In this document: positions 48,131 to 57,154 of the stretch, piece after piece
Layout of the letters: every line of letters starts with the position of its first letter
Position numbering within the stretch: position 1 is the stretch's first letter
NCBI GenBank assembly: GCA_963822945.1
Contig: CAWGJO010000036.1
Coordinates: 1-64,000 of the forward strand
Reading direction: 5' to 3'
Length of the DNA: 64,000 nt
DNA from: an uncultured Gemmatimonadaceae bacterium
GTDB taxonomy: Bacteria > Gemmatimonadota > Gemmatimonadetes > Gemmatimonadales > Gemmatimonadaceae
Notes under the pieces: generated by a model
Told to the model about the DNA's origin: nothing
Database searches by the model: none
Seen by the model: only the letters and a program-made list of their open reading frames with translations
Position numbers and translations under genes: made by a program

Positions 48131-48571
48131 ATGCGACTCTGGAGTCTCCATCCCCGATATCTCGATCCCGCCGGCCTGGTGGCCGTGTGGCGTGAAGGGC
48201 TGTTGGCGCGGGCGGTGCTCGCCGGCCAGACCAAGGGATACACGCACCACCCGCAGCTGGCGCGGTTCAGAGAGGCCCGAGCGCCGCTGTCCGCCATCGA
48301 CACGTATCTCGCCGCCATCTGCGACGAGGCCGACCGGCGCGGCTACCACTTCGACCGTGGCAAGCTCGGCCGCGGCCGTACCAGAACCAGGCTGGCCGTG
48401 CGTCGTGGGCAGCTCGAATTCGAACTGGGACACCTGACGCGAAAGGTGCGGGCACGCCGCCGCGCATGGCTGAAGGAGATGCCGAGCGGGCGCTCCATCG
48501 TGCCGCACCCGTTGTTCGAGGCGGTGCCGGGCGGAGTGGAAGAGTGGGAGCGAGGGGGAGAGAAGGGGTGA
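48131..48571 (+). CDS. Pyrimidine dimer DNA glycosylase / T4 endonuclease V family
   Basis: MRLWSLHPRYLD..GLVAVWREGLLA..GYTHHPQL.RF..EADRRGYHFD. Confidence 0.88.
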   Translation: MRLWSLHPRYLDPAGLVAVWREGLLARAVLAGQTKGYTHHPQLARFREARAPLSAIDTYLAAICDEADRRGYHFDRGKLGRGRTRTRLAVRRGQLEFELGHLTRKVRARRRAWLKEMPSGRSIVPHPLFEAVPGGVEEWERGGEKG

Positions 48572-48592
48572 AGGGTTAAGGCCAAGGGACAA

Positions 48593-48629
48593 AAGGCGGG
48601 GTGGACGGCAACGCCGTCCACCCCGCCTT
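48593..48629. terminator. Perfect 17-bp hairpin between convergent genes
   Basis: AAGGCGGGGTGGACGGC-AAC-GCCGTCCACCCCGCCTT. Confidence 0.65.
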
Positions 48630-48636
48630 CCGATTC

Positions 48637-48704
48637 CCGACTGTCCGACTGTCCGACTGTCTAACTGTCCGACTGTCTAACTGTCCGACTGTCCGACTGT
48701 CCGA
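48637..48704. repeat. Tandem 8-mer array CTGTC(CG/TA)A, about 8 units
   Basis: Read directly; inverted relative to 48059-48087. Confidence 0.95.
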
Positions 48705-48710
48705 CCGGCT

Positions 48711-50243
48711 TCAATTCCGCGACGTCTTATCAATGAACGCCGCCACGTTCTTCTTGAAGTTCGCGAGCGACGGCTCGTGCACGTACACCATGTGTCCCGA
48801 CTCGTACTCGGCGAACGTGATCTGGCTGCGGACCTGCTTCGGCACGCCGAGGTGGTCCATCGTCCACTCGGCGGCGTAGTACGGCGTGGCGAGATCGTAC
48901 AGCCCGCTGTTCAGCAGCACGTGGAGCTTCGGGTTCACGCTCAGTTCCTGCGCCAAATCGACGGCCACGTTCGTATGCCCCGGCCACCCACGGCTCTGCC
49001 CGTGCGTCCAGTCCCACGGATTCACGTTGCCGCTGGTGGCGTAGAGCATGTTCCGTCCGTAGTTCAGGTCCTGGTGCATGTAGTTGTTGAACAACGACTG
49101 GTACGCGGAGCTGATGGCGGCCGACTGCGGATCGTACGGCGCATCCTCGGCCAGCAGATCGCCCGTCTCGCCCACGAATCGCGCGTCGAGCCGGCCCACG
49201 ACCTGCCCCTTCTCGCGCAACAGTTCCTTCTCGAACTGGCTGGCGTCCACGCGAAGGTCGGCCTTGTCGAGATAGTCGCGGCTGAGCCCCGTGTACTGAT
49301 GCAGCTTGTCGAGCACCGCATTCCGCTCGGCGGCCGACAGGTTGTCGCCCTGCATGAGCGCCGTGGCGTATTCGTGCGTGGCGTAGTGCTCCACTTCCTT
49401 GAGGAAGGGACGGAGCTGCGCCGGCTTGTTGGGCAGGGCGTTGTGATACCACGCCACCGCGGCGTACGACGGCAGATAGAGCACGAAGGGCTCGTCGTTG
49501 CCGGGATCGAAGGTGATGGTCTGGAAGTCCAGCACCGCCGATAGCAGGATCACGCCGTTGAGGTCCACGCTGCGCCGCTGGAGCACCGCCGAGAGGGCCG
49601 CCGACCGTGTGGTGCCGTAGCTCTCGCCCATCAGATAGCGCGGGGAGTTCCAACGGTCGGTCTCGCTCAGGTAGCGGCTCACGAACTGCGCCAGCGAGTT
49701 CGCATCCTGATCCACGCCCCAGAAGTCCGACCCCTTACCCTTGCCGATTGGTTTGCTGTAGCCGGTGCCGACGGGGTCGATGAACACGAGATCGGCCTTG
49801 TCGAGCATGCTGTATTCGTTGTCCACCAGCTTGTACGGCGGCGGCGGGGCGTGGACGCCGTCGGGGATGTCCACGCGCTTGGGGCCGAGCAGGCCCATGT
49901 GCACCCAGATGGACGACGAGCCCGGTCCGCCGTTGTACGCGAACATGATCGGCCGGCGCGACTCGTCGGTCACGCCGCGCTTGGTATAGGCGGTGTAGTA
50001 GATCTCACCCGTGGGCTCGTTCTGGTTGTTGCGGATGATGATCGTGCCCACGGTCGCGTCGTAGTCCACCCGCTGGCCGCCGATGCTGGCTGAGTGCTGG
50101 GTGACGACGTGGACCTGGGCAGGCGCGGTGGTGTCGCGGGCCGCGGGAGGTGTCGCCTCGGGACGCGCGCCGCCGCGCTGGGCGAAGGCGGTGGCGGGAA
50201 TGGCGAGCGCGGCGACGAGAAGGGAGGTTCGGGAGAGATTCAT
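48711..50243 (-). CDS. Secreted S10-family serine carboxypeptidase
   Basis: YNGGPGSSS, FIDPVGTGYS, GESYG, YDLATP and SGHMVY motifs. Confidence 0.92.
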   Translation of the reverse strand: MNLSRTSLLVAALAIPATAFAQRGGARPEATPPAARDTTAPAQVHVVTQHSASIGGQRVDYDATVGTIIIRNNQNEPTGEIYYTAYTKRGVTDESRRPIMFAYNGGPGSSSIWVHMGLLGPKRVDIPDGVHAPPPPYKLVDNEYSMLDKADLVFIDPVGTGYSKPIGKGKGSDFWGVDQDANSLAQFVSRYLSETDRWNSPRYLMGESYGTTRSAALSAVLQRRSVDLNGVILLSAVLDFQTITFDPGNDEPFVLYLPSYAAVAWYHNALPNKPAQLRPFLKEVEHYATHEYATALMQGDNLSAAERNAVLDKLHQYTGLSRDYLDKADLRVDASQFEKELLREKGQVVGRLDARFVGETGDLLAEDAPYDPQSAAISSAYQSLFNNYMHQDLNYGRNMLYATSGNVNPWDWTHGQSRGWPGHTNVAVDLAQELSVNPKLHVLLNSGLYDLATPYYAAEWTMDHLGVPKQVRSQITFAEYESGHMVYVHEPSLANFKKNVAAFIDKTSRN

Positions 50244-50287
50244 GAGGCGGATGGTGTGGGGGGTTGAAACCATGAGGCGGTGAGGGA

Positions 50288-51985
50288 CTACTGCTTGGCC
50301 GCGGCCATCATCGAGTCGCGCTTGGCTTTGAACTCCGTACCCGGCTTCCACTGCGGAATACCGGCGGCGTTGGCGACCACGTCACCAACGCGGAAGAGCA
50401 CGCGCAGATCCTCCACTGCACCGGAGAGATCCCAGTCGGGCTTCACCTCATCGCTCACCTTGTGGTAGTCGTTGGTCGTGTACTCGTTGCGCTTCTGCAT
50501 GCCGTAGCCTTCGGGCTTCCCGATGTAGTCGATGCCGGCATCGGGATCGAGCGCCGGCACGCCCTGCGCCGCGAACTCGAAGTGGTCGGAGCGATAGTAG
50601 AAGCCCTTCTCGGGCTCGGCGTCGGGCCGCACCACACGACCGTCGGCGGCCAGTACGCTGGTCAGCACGTCGTCGAGACTGGAGTTGCCGTAGCCGATCA
50701 CCGTCATGTCCTTGGTGCGGCCCCACTGGTTGAGTCCGTCCATGTTGATGTCGGCGACGGTTTTGGCGAGCGGATACAACGGATGCTCGGCGTAGAACTT
50801 CGAGCCGAGGAGCCCCTTCTCCTCGCCGGTCACGGAGAGGAAGAGAATCGAGCGCTCGGGCGGCGTGGCGAGCTTGGTGTACGCCTTGGCGATCTCGATG
50901 AGCCCTGACGACCCGCTCGCGTTGTCCAGAGCGCCGTTGTAGATCTGGTCGCCCTTGAGGGTCGTATCACGCCCCAGGTGGTCCCAGTGCGCCGTGTACA
51001 CCACGTACTCGTCCTTCTTGCTGGTGCCTTCGAGTTTGGCCACGACGTTCTTGGACTGGATCTGCCGCACCTTGAGCTTCACATCCCAACTGGCCTTCGC
51101 GTTCAGCGTCACCGGCTTGAACGCCTTGGTGCGCGCCGCCGCGTGAAGCGAGTCGAAGTTGAGGCCGGCGTCCCGGAACAGCTCGCGGACCTTGTCCACC
51201 GTCATCCAGCCCTCTACCGGCACGCGCTGCTCGGCGTTGGCCGATGGCACATCGAACTGCTCGACGGAGAAGCTGCCCTTCACCACGGCCCAGGGATAGC
51301 CCGCCGGTCCCGTTTCGTGGATCACGATCGCCGCCGCGGCGCCCTTCGCCGTCGCGATCTCGTACTTGTAGGTATACCGGCCGTAATACGTCATCGCCTT
51401 GCCCTTGAACATCGCCGTATCCAACTGCGTGGTATCGTTGGGCAGCGTGACCGGCGGATCGTTCACGAGCATGAGGATCGTCTTGCCCTTCACGTCGGTT
51501 CCCTTGTAGTCGTCCCACCCGTATTCGGGCGCGACCACACCGTAGCCCACGAATACGACGTCCGAGTTGTCGATCTTCGTCTCGGCCCGATTGTGGCGCG
51601 ACGTGGCCACGTAGTCGTCGGGGTACCGGAGGGCCACGCGCTTGCCGCCGGCGATGATCGTCGCCGTCGGCGTTGCGGTGTAGCCGATGAGATCGACCGG
51701 CTGGAACCAGCTCCCGTCGGGATTCCCGGGTTTGAGGCCCAGGGCCGCGAACTGGCGCTGCATGTAGGCGGTGGCCTTCTCCTCACCAGGCGTTCCGGGG
51801 GCGCGGCCCTCGGTGGAATCGTCCGACAGGTCCTTGATGTGCTGCAGCAGGTCGGCGGCATCGATCGCCTGGGCCGCCTGCAGGGTGGCGGGGTCGTTAC
51901 CCGCCGGGTTCGCGCTCGGCGAGGGAGAACAGGCGACGGCGCCGAGGGCGGCGGCCGCGATCAGCGAGGCAGAAAGCTTGCGCAC
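50288..51985 (-). CDS. M28-family peptidase lipoprotein (PA domain)
   Basis: Lipobox-like [37 protein letters not shown] and DYHKVSD. Confidence 0.92.
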   Translation of the reverse strand: MRKLSASLIAAAALGAVACSPSPSANPAGNDPATLQAAQAIDAADLLQHIKDLSDDSTEGRAPGTPGEEKATAYMQRQFAALGLKPGNPDGSWFQPVDLIGYTATPTATIIAGGKRVALRYPDDYVATSRHNRAETKIDNSDVVFVGYGVVAPEYGWDDYKGTDVKGKTILMLVNDPPVTLPNDTTQLDTAMFKGKAMTYYGRYTYKYEIATAKGAAAAIVIHETGPAGYPWAVVKGSFSVEQFDVPSANAEQRVPVEGWMTVDKVRELFRDAGLNFDSLHAAARTKAFKPVTLNAKASWDVKLKVRQIQSKNVVAKLEGTSKKDEYVVYTAHWDHLGRDTTLKGDQIYNGALDNASGSSGLIEIAKAYTKLATPPERSILFLSVTGEEKGLLGSKFYAEHPLYPLAKTVADINMDGLNQWGRTKDMTVIGYGNSSLDDVLTSVLAADGRVVRPDAEPEKGFYYRSDHFEFAAQGVPALDPDAGIDYIGKPEGYGMQKRNEYTTNDYHKVSDEVKPDWDLSGAVEDLRVLFRVGDVVANAAGIPQWKPGTEFKAKRDSMMAAAKQ

Positions 51986-52096
51986 GGGACGGGGGGCAGG
52001 AGGGTAGGATGGGGCGAGGGGAGTGCGCCGCTCAGGGGCGGCGAACACGGACGGAATCTCCGCCTGCCGCGCGCCCCCGGCAAGGGCGCGCCCGCT

Positions 52097-53319
52097 TCAG
52101 CTCCAGGCCGTCTCCTCGCGCGTCACCTGGATTCCGTGTCGTGCCAGTGCCGGAAACACCAATTCGTACGGCACTTCGAGCGGCGTGAGCAGCCCACGCC
52201 GCGGCAGCGATTCGTCGAGAATGAGCCGCGCGCCGAGCGCGAGCGTATAGCCCACCGTGCGCTGCATCGAGGTGAAGCCGGTGGCGAAGTCGCGCGTGTC
52301 GATGAGATCGTACACCACACGGCGGCGCTCGCCGCCGCGCACCCCGCGCACGTCCACACGCACGAAGGTCATGTCGGCCTCGTCATCCGCATACTGGAAC
52401 TGCGGCTGCGCTGCGAGCAGCGCCGCGGTGAACTCGAGCGGCGTCGCGTGGGCGCCCCGGGCGGACACCGGGTCGGCGCTCAGGAACCCGCACTTCACCA
52501 TCACGTCCCAGAAGGCGCAATGCCCGGGGAGCCGCCCCGTGTAGCGCGCCATCTCGCGCACACGGCCCTGCAACCCGAACAGCTCGGCATAGTGCGCCGC
52601 ATCGCCGTTGGGATAGCACTCCAGCGACGCGCCGACCGCCGGCACATCGAGCATGTGGTAGCGGTGCGGCTCGAACAGCGTGTCGGGCGCGATGTCCTCG
52701 ATGCGGCCGTCGTGAATGATCCGCGCCGGCCGATTGTAGGAGCGCATCACCCCGATGGGCGACCAGGAGAACTTGTAGTGCAGCGGGTTGTCCCGCGCGC
52801 CGGGCGCCGGGATGCCGGCACCGTAGGCGTGGAACTCGTGGACGTCGTCCAGTTCTCCCACCGCACGAACCCCGAGGATCAGGTCGAGTCCGGGATCGAG
52901 CCCGAATTCGGTGAGAAGCGTGAGCCCCTTCGCTCCGCGGCCGCGGCGAGCTGCGCGATCGTCCGGTCCGTGGCCTCGATCCGCGCGGGGTCCCGCTCCT
53001 GCGGATCGCGGTAGTACATGCTGCTCACGAGGTTCACGCCGGCCCGCACCGCGAGCTGGCCCATGGGCAGGGCGAAGGGTCCGGGCAGCGCCTCGACCAC
53101 CACGTCGGCATCGCGCATCAGCGCTTCGATCGCGGTGTGGTCATCCGCGTCGAGCCGAACCGCCGTCACGCGCGACGACGGGTAGCCCGACAGTTGCTCG
53201 GCGAGCGACGGATCGGCGTCCACCACGGTCACCCGCAGATCGCCGTCGCCGGACACGAGGTCGTGCAAGGCGGCGCGCCCCTGCGCGCCGTGTCCGAGAA
53301 GCAGCACCCGTCGGGTCAT
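52097..53319 (-). CDS. Saccharopine/lysine dehydrogenase family protein, frameshifts near 52865 and 52930
   Basis: N-terminal Rossmann LLLGHGAQG in ORF 52879..53943. C-terminal part in ORF 52097..52861 (YGAGIP, NPLHYKFSWS, TSMQRTVGY). Confidence 0.85.
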
Positions 53320-53351
53320 TCGGCGGAATGTGCCCGGCGGATGACGCGAAT

Positions 53352-53588
53352 TCAAGCGACCCGGTTGCGCCCTCCGCTGGTCTTCGACGCCAACCAGTTG
53401 AGCACGATCAGCGTCGGCACCCAGAAGGGGAAGATGCCGTACAGCGTATCGCTCACCGAGTGCGAGTGTCGGTCGACGGCCACGAATACGTTCACGCAGA
53501 AAGCTGCCGCCATCACGACGACAACGAGTCCCTGCCATGACACGGGGCGATAGACCCAGCCCCACGGTTTGAACCAGGTGCGTTTCAT
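53352..53588 (-). CDS. Small two-TM membrane protein (78 aa)
   Basis: MKRTWFKPWGWVYRPVSWQG followed by two hydrophobic segments around DRHSHSVSDTL. Confidence 0.75.
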   Translation of the reverse strand: MKRTWFKPWGWVYRPVSWQGLVVVVMAAAFCVNVFVAVDRHSHSVSDTLYGIFPFWVPTLIVLNWLASKTSGGRNRVA

Positions 53589-53590
53589 GA

Positions 53591-53719
53591 GTCGGTAGGT
53601 CGGTAGGTCGGAGGTGGTAGGCTCGAGTCGGTAGGTCGGTAGGTCGGTAGGTCGGTAGGTCGGTAGGTCGGTAGGTCGGTAGGTCGGTAGGTCGGTAGGT
53701 CGGTAGGTCGGTAGGTCGG
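53591..53719. repeat. Tandem 8-mer (GTCGGTAG): about 3 units, an interruption, then 11.6 perfect units
   Basis: Read directly; same unit as 20792-20827. Confidence 0.97.
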
Positions 53720-53860
53720 GCGACTTTACAATGCAAAGTTCTTGTCGATTCCGCAAGCCCCGATTGTCGCCGGTTGCCCAACCCCTGCGCCGCGCTCATG
53801 TTCAGGCCCGTGCTCCCCTCAATTCCAAGCGCACTCCGTCGACGTTCATCGAGGACCACC

Positions 53861-56249
53861 ATGCGACACCGAGTTGCTCTCCTGGCGACGCTGGCCGCGT
53901 TCACGCCCGCCCTGCTCGCCGCCCAACAACCCAAGACCATCACGGCCGCCGACTACGCGCGCGCCGAGCAGTCCATGGGGTACTACACGAGTCCATTGGT
54001 CACCGGCGGCTTCGTGAGCCCCAACTGGATGACCGGCGACCGCTTCTGGTATCGCGAAGCGACCCCCGGGGGCGCCGAGTTCCTGCTCGTCAATCCGGCG
54101 CGCGGCACCAAGGCGCCCGCCTTCAACCACGCGAAGCTCGCCGCCGCCCTCTCGGCGGTGTCGGGCGAGCACTATACCGCCGACTCCCTGCCCTTCTATT
54201 CCATCGAGCTGTCGAACGACGGTCGCACGGTGTCGTTCGACGCCGGCCGCCGCCACTACAGCTGCGACGTCGGCGGCAGCAAATGCACCGACGAGGGCGC
54301 GGCGACGGGACGCGGCATGGGCCGCGGCGGACGCGGGTTCGGACGCGGCGGGCAGGCCGCCAACGGCCGCCCACCCGAGAACATGTCGCCCGACGGCAAG
54401 CATGGCGTGTTCATCCGTGACTGGAACCTCTGGGTGCGCGACGTGGCCACCGGCCAGGAACGCCAGCTCACGCACGACGGCGTCGAGAACTTCGGCTACG
54501 CCACCGACAACGCCGGCTGGAAGCACAGCGACCAGGCCATCGGGCTCTGGTCGCCCGATTCGAAGGAGTTCGCGACGTACCAGCAGGACCAGCGCAAGAC
54601 CGGTGACATGTACCTGGTGGTCACCAACGTCGGCCATCCGACGCTGCAGGCGTGGAAGTATCCACTGCCCGGCGACACCAACATCACGATGATCCAGCGC
54701 GTGATCGTCAACGTGGACAACGGCAGCGTGGTGCGGCTCAAGATGCCGCCCGACCAGCACCGGACGTCGATCTGCGACGACATCGCCTGCCGCGGCAACA
54801 CGCTCAGCGACGCCGAGTGGAGCCCCGACTCGCGGACCCTGATGTTCCTGTCCACGCTCGCGCGACCACCGCGACGAGAACCTGCGGGTGGCCGATGCCG
54901 CCACGGGCGACGTGCACGAGGTGTACGAGGAGAAGAGCCCCGACTTCTTCGAGTCGGGCTACAACATGGTCAACTGGCACTACCTGCCGGAGTCGAACGA
55001 GTTCATCTGGTATTCCGAGCGCACCAACTGGGGGCAGCTCTACCTGTACGACCTCGCCACCGGCAAACTCAAGAACGCCATCACGACCGGCAACTGGAAA
55101 GTCTGGCAGGTGCTCAAGGTCGATGCGGCCAACCGGCGCATCTACTTCACCGCCGGCGGCCGGGAGCCGGGCAACCCGTACTTCTCGCACTTCTACAGTG
55201 TGAAGTTCGACGGGTCGGATTTCCGCTCGCTCACGCCGGACAGCGCCAACCACAGCGTGCAGCTCGCCCCCGACGGGCGGTACTTCGTGGATACCTACTC
55301 CACGCCGCAGACGCCGGCGGTCACGGTCCTTCGCGACGACCACGGCAAGGTGATCGCGCAGCTCGACAAGCAGGACATCTCCAAGCTGCTGGCCACCGGG
55401 TGGCGGCCGCCGAAGACGGTGGTGGTCAAGGCGCGCGACGGGAAGACCGATCTCTACGGGCTGATGTACACGCCCACGAACCTCGATCCCGACGCGAAGT
55501 ACCCGATCGTCAACCACATCTACCCGGGCCCCCAGTCCGGGAGCGTGGGCGGGTGGAGCTTCTCGGCGGGCCGCGGCGACGCGCAGGCGCTGGCCCAACT
55601 GGGCTTCGTGGTGCTCGAACTCGACGCCATGGGCTCGCCGGGTCGGTCGCATTCCTTCCAGGCTGCCTACTACGGCCACATGGGCACCGACAACGGGCTG
55701 CCCGATCAGATCGCGGGCATGAAGCAGCTCGCGCAGCGCTATCCGTACATCGACATCGACAAGGCCGGGATCTACGGCCACTCCGGGGGCGGGTTCGCCA
55801 CCGCCGACGCGATGTTCCGCTACCCCGACTTCTTCAAGGTCGGCATCTCCGAGTCGGGTAATCACGACCAGGCCGAGTACGAGGACGACTGGGGCGAGAA
55901 GTGGCAGGGACTCGACGTACCGCTGCCCGACGGCACCTGGAGCTACTACAAGGAGTCGAACGAATCGGTGGCCAAGAACCTCAAGGGCCACCTGCTGCTC
56001 GCGCACGGCACGATCGACGACAACGTGCCGCCGTACAACACGCTCCTCGTGGTCGACAGCCTGATCAAGTACAACAAGGATTTCGATCTGCTGCTGATCC
56101 CGAACGTCCACCATGGATACGGCGCGGCGTCGTTGTACATGCAGCGTCGGCGGTGGGACTACTTCGTGCGGTATCTGATGGGCGCGACGCCGCCGAAGGA
56201 ATACCACATGGGGCCGCCGGAGGATTCGGCCGGACGGCGGGGACGGTAG
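53861..56249 (+). CDS. Secreted S9-family (DPP IV-like) peptidase, frameshift near 54860
   Basis: Signal peptide and propeller in ORF 53774..55861. Catalytic part in ORF 54888..56249 (YPGPQ, GHSGGG, HGTIDDNV, HHGY). Confidence 0.9.
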
Positions 56250-56312
56250 GAATAGCTCGTCGGCCGTCAGCCGGCAATTGACGGCTGACGGCGAACTACG
56301 CGTTCAGCGTCA

Positions 56313-56370
56313 TCAGTGCACAGTGGCCAGTCGCCCGTGTGGGTTCGGGTGACTGGCCACTGTGCACTGA
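56313..56370. repeat. 58-bp palindrome, copy 1
   Basis: TCAGTGCACAGTGGCCAGTCGCCCG-(8 nt)-CGGGTGACTGGCCACTGTGCACTGA. Confidence 0.95.
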
Positions 56371-56474
56371 ACACACGTAACCGGTAGTCAACCGTCCCTC
56401 ACCAGCACATACCGGGCAGGAGTCCGCTGTCCGCAGTCCGCAGTCGCCCGCGGTGGCCCGAGTAGATTGATCGC

Positions 56475-56993
56475 ATGCTCCGCATCCTCCTGCTGACCGT
56501 GCTCGCCGCCGCCCCGCTCATGGCCCAGCAACCCGACACCCTGCACTTCGTGCGCGCCGAGGGCGAGACGCTCACCGGCCAGCGCTTCGTGGTCCCCGAC
56601 GACTTTGCGGGGAAACGCAACCTCGTCTTCATCGCCTTCAGTCGTGGCCAGCAGGCGGATATCGACGCCTGGAAGCCGCTGCGCGATTCGTTGACGGCCG
56701 CCGATTCGGGGCTCCAGTGGTACGAACTGCCCACGCTGGGCCGCCGCTACCGGCTGATTCGCGGCGTCATCGACGGCGGGATGCGACGCGGGATCCCCGA
56801 CAGCACCACCCGGGCCCACACGATCACCCTCTACATCGACAAGACCCCGTTCGAGCGCCCGCTCGGCATTTCCGACGAGGACTCCATCGCCGTCGTGCTC
56901 GCGCACCGCGACGGCACGGTGATCTGGAAGACCCGCGGACGGCCAACGGCCGAGAAGGCGGCCGAATTGCGGGCCGTCATCGAACACCGATAG
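56475..56993 (+). CDS. Secreted thioredoxin-like / ATP10-like hypothetical protein
   Basis: Signal peptide, then PDDFAGKRNLVFIAF..QQADIDAW, YELPTL, IDGGMRRGIP and TITLY. TAGATT lies 6 nt before the ATG, so it may be leaderless. Confidence 0.7.
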   Translation: MLRILLLTVLAAAPLMAQQPDTLHFVRAEGETLTGQRFVVPDDFAGKRNLVFIAFSRGQQADIDAWKPLRDSLTAADSGLQWYELPTLGRRYRLIRGVIDGGMRRGIPDSTTRAHTITLYIDKTPFERPLGISDEDSIAVVLAHRDGTVIWKTRGRPTAEKAAELRAVIEHR

Positions 56994-57041
56994 CGCGTCG
57001 GCTCTGAGCGACGGGCGGCGCGAACTACAAGCCGAGAGTCG

Positions 57042-57099
57042 TCAGTGCACAGTGGCCAGTCGCCCGTATGGTTTCGGGCAACTGGCCACTGTGCACTGA
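57042..57099. repeat. 58-bp palindrome, copy 2 (direct repeat of copy 1)
   Basis: TCAGTGCACAGTGGCCAGTCGCCCG-(8 nt)-CGGGCAACTGGCCACTGTGCACTGA; 4 differences from copy 1. Confidence 0.95.
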
Positions 57100-57154
57100 A
57101 CACGCTGAACTCGTAGTTCGCTGCTAGCTGTTAGCCGTTAGCTGTCAACCGTCA

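Noticed and set aside
53352..53943. ORFs encoding a (PTDLPTYR)n repeat peptide
   Set aside because: This is translation of the non-coding 8-mer array. The real genes start at 53588 and 53319.
56313..57099. Integron attC sites or CRISPR repeats
   Set aside because: No RYYYAAC...GTTRRRY core ends, extrahelical-base pattern or integrase is seen. There are only two copies about 670 nt apart and no cas genes.
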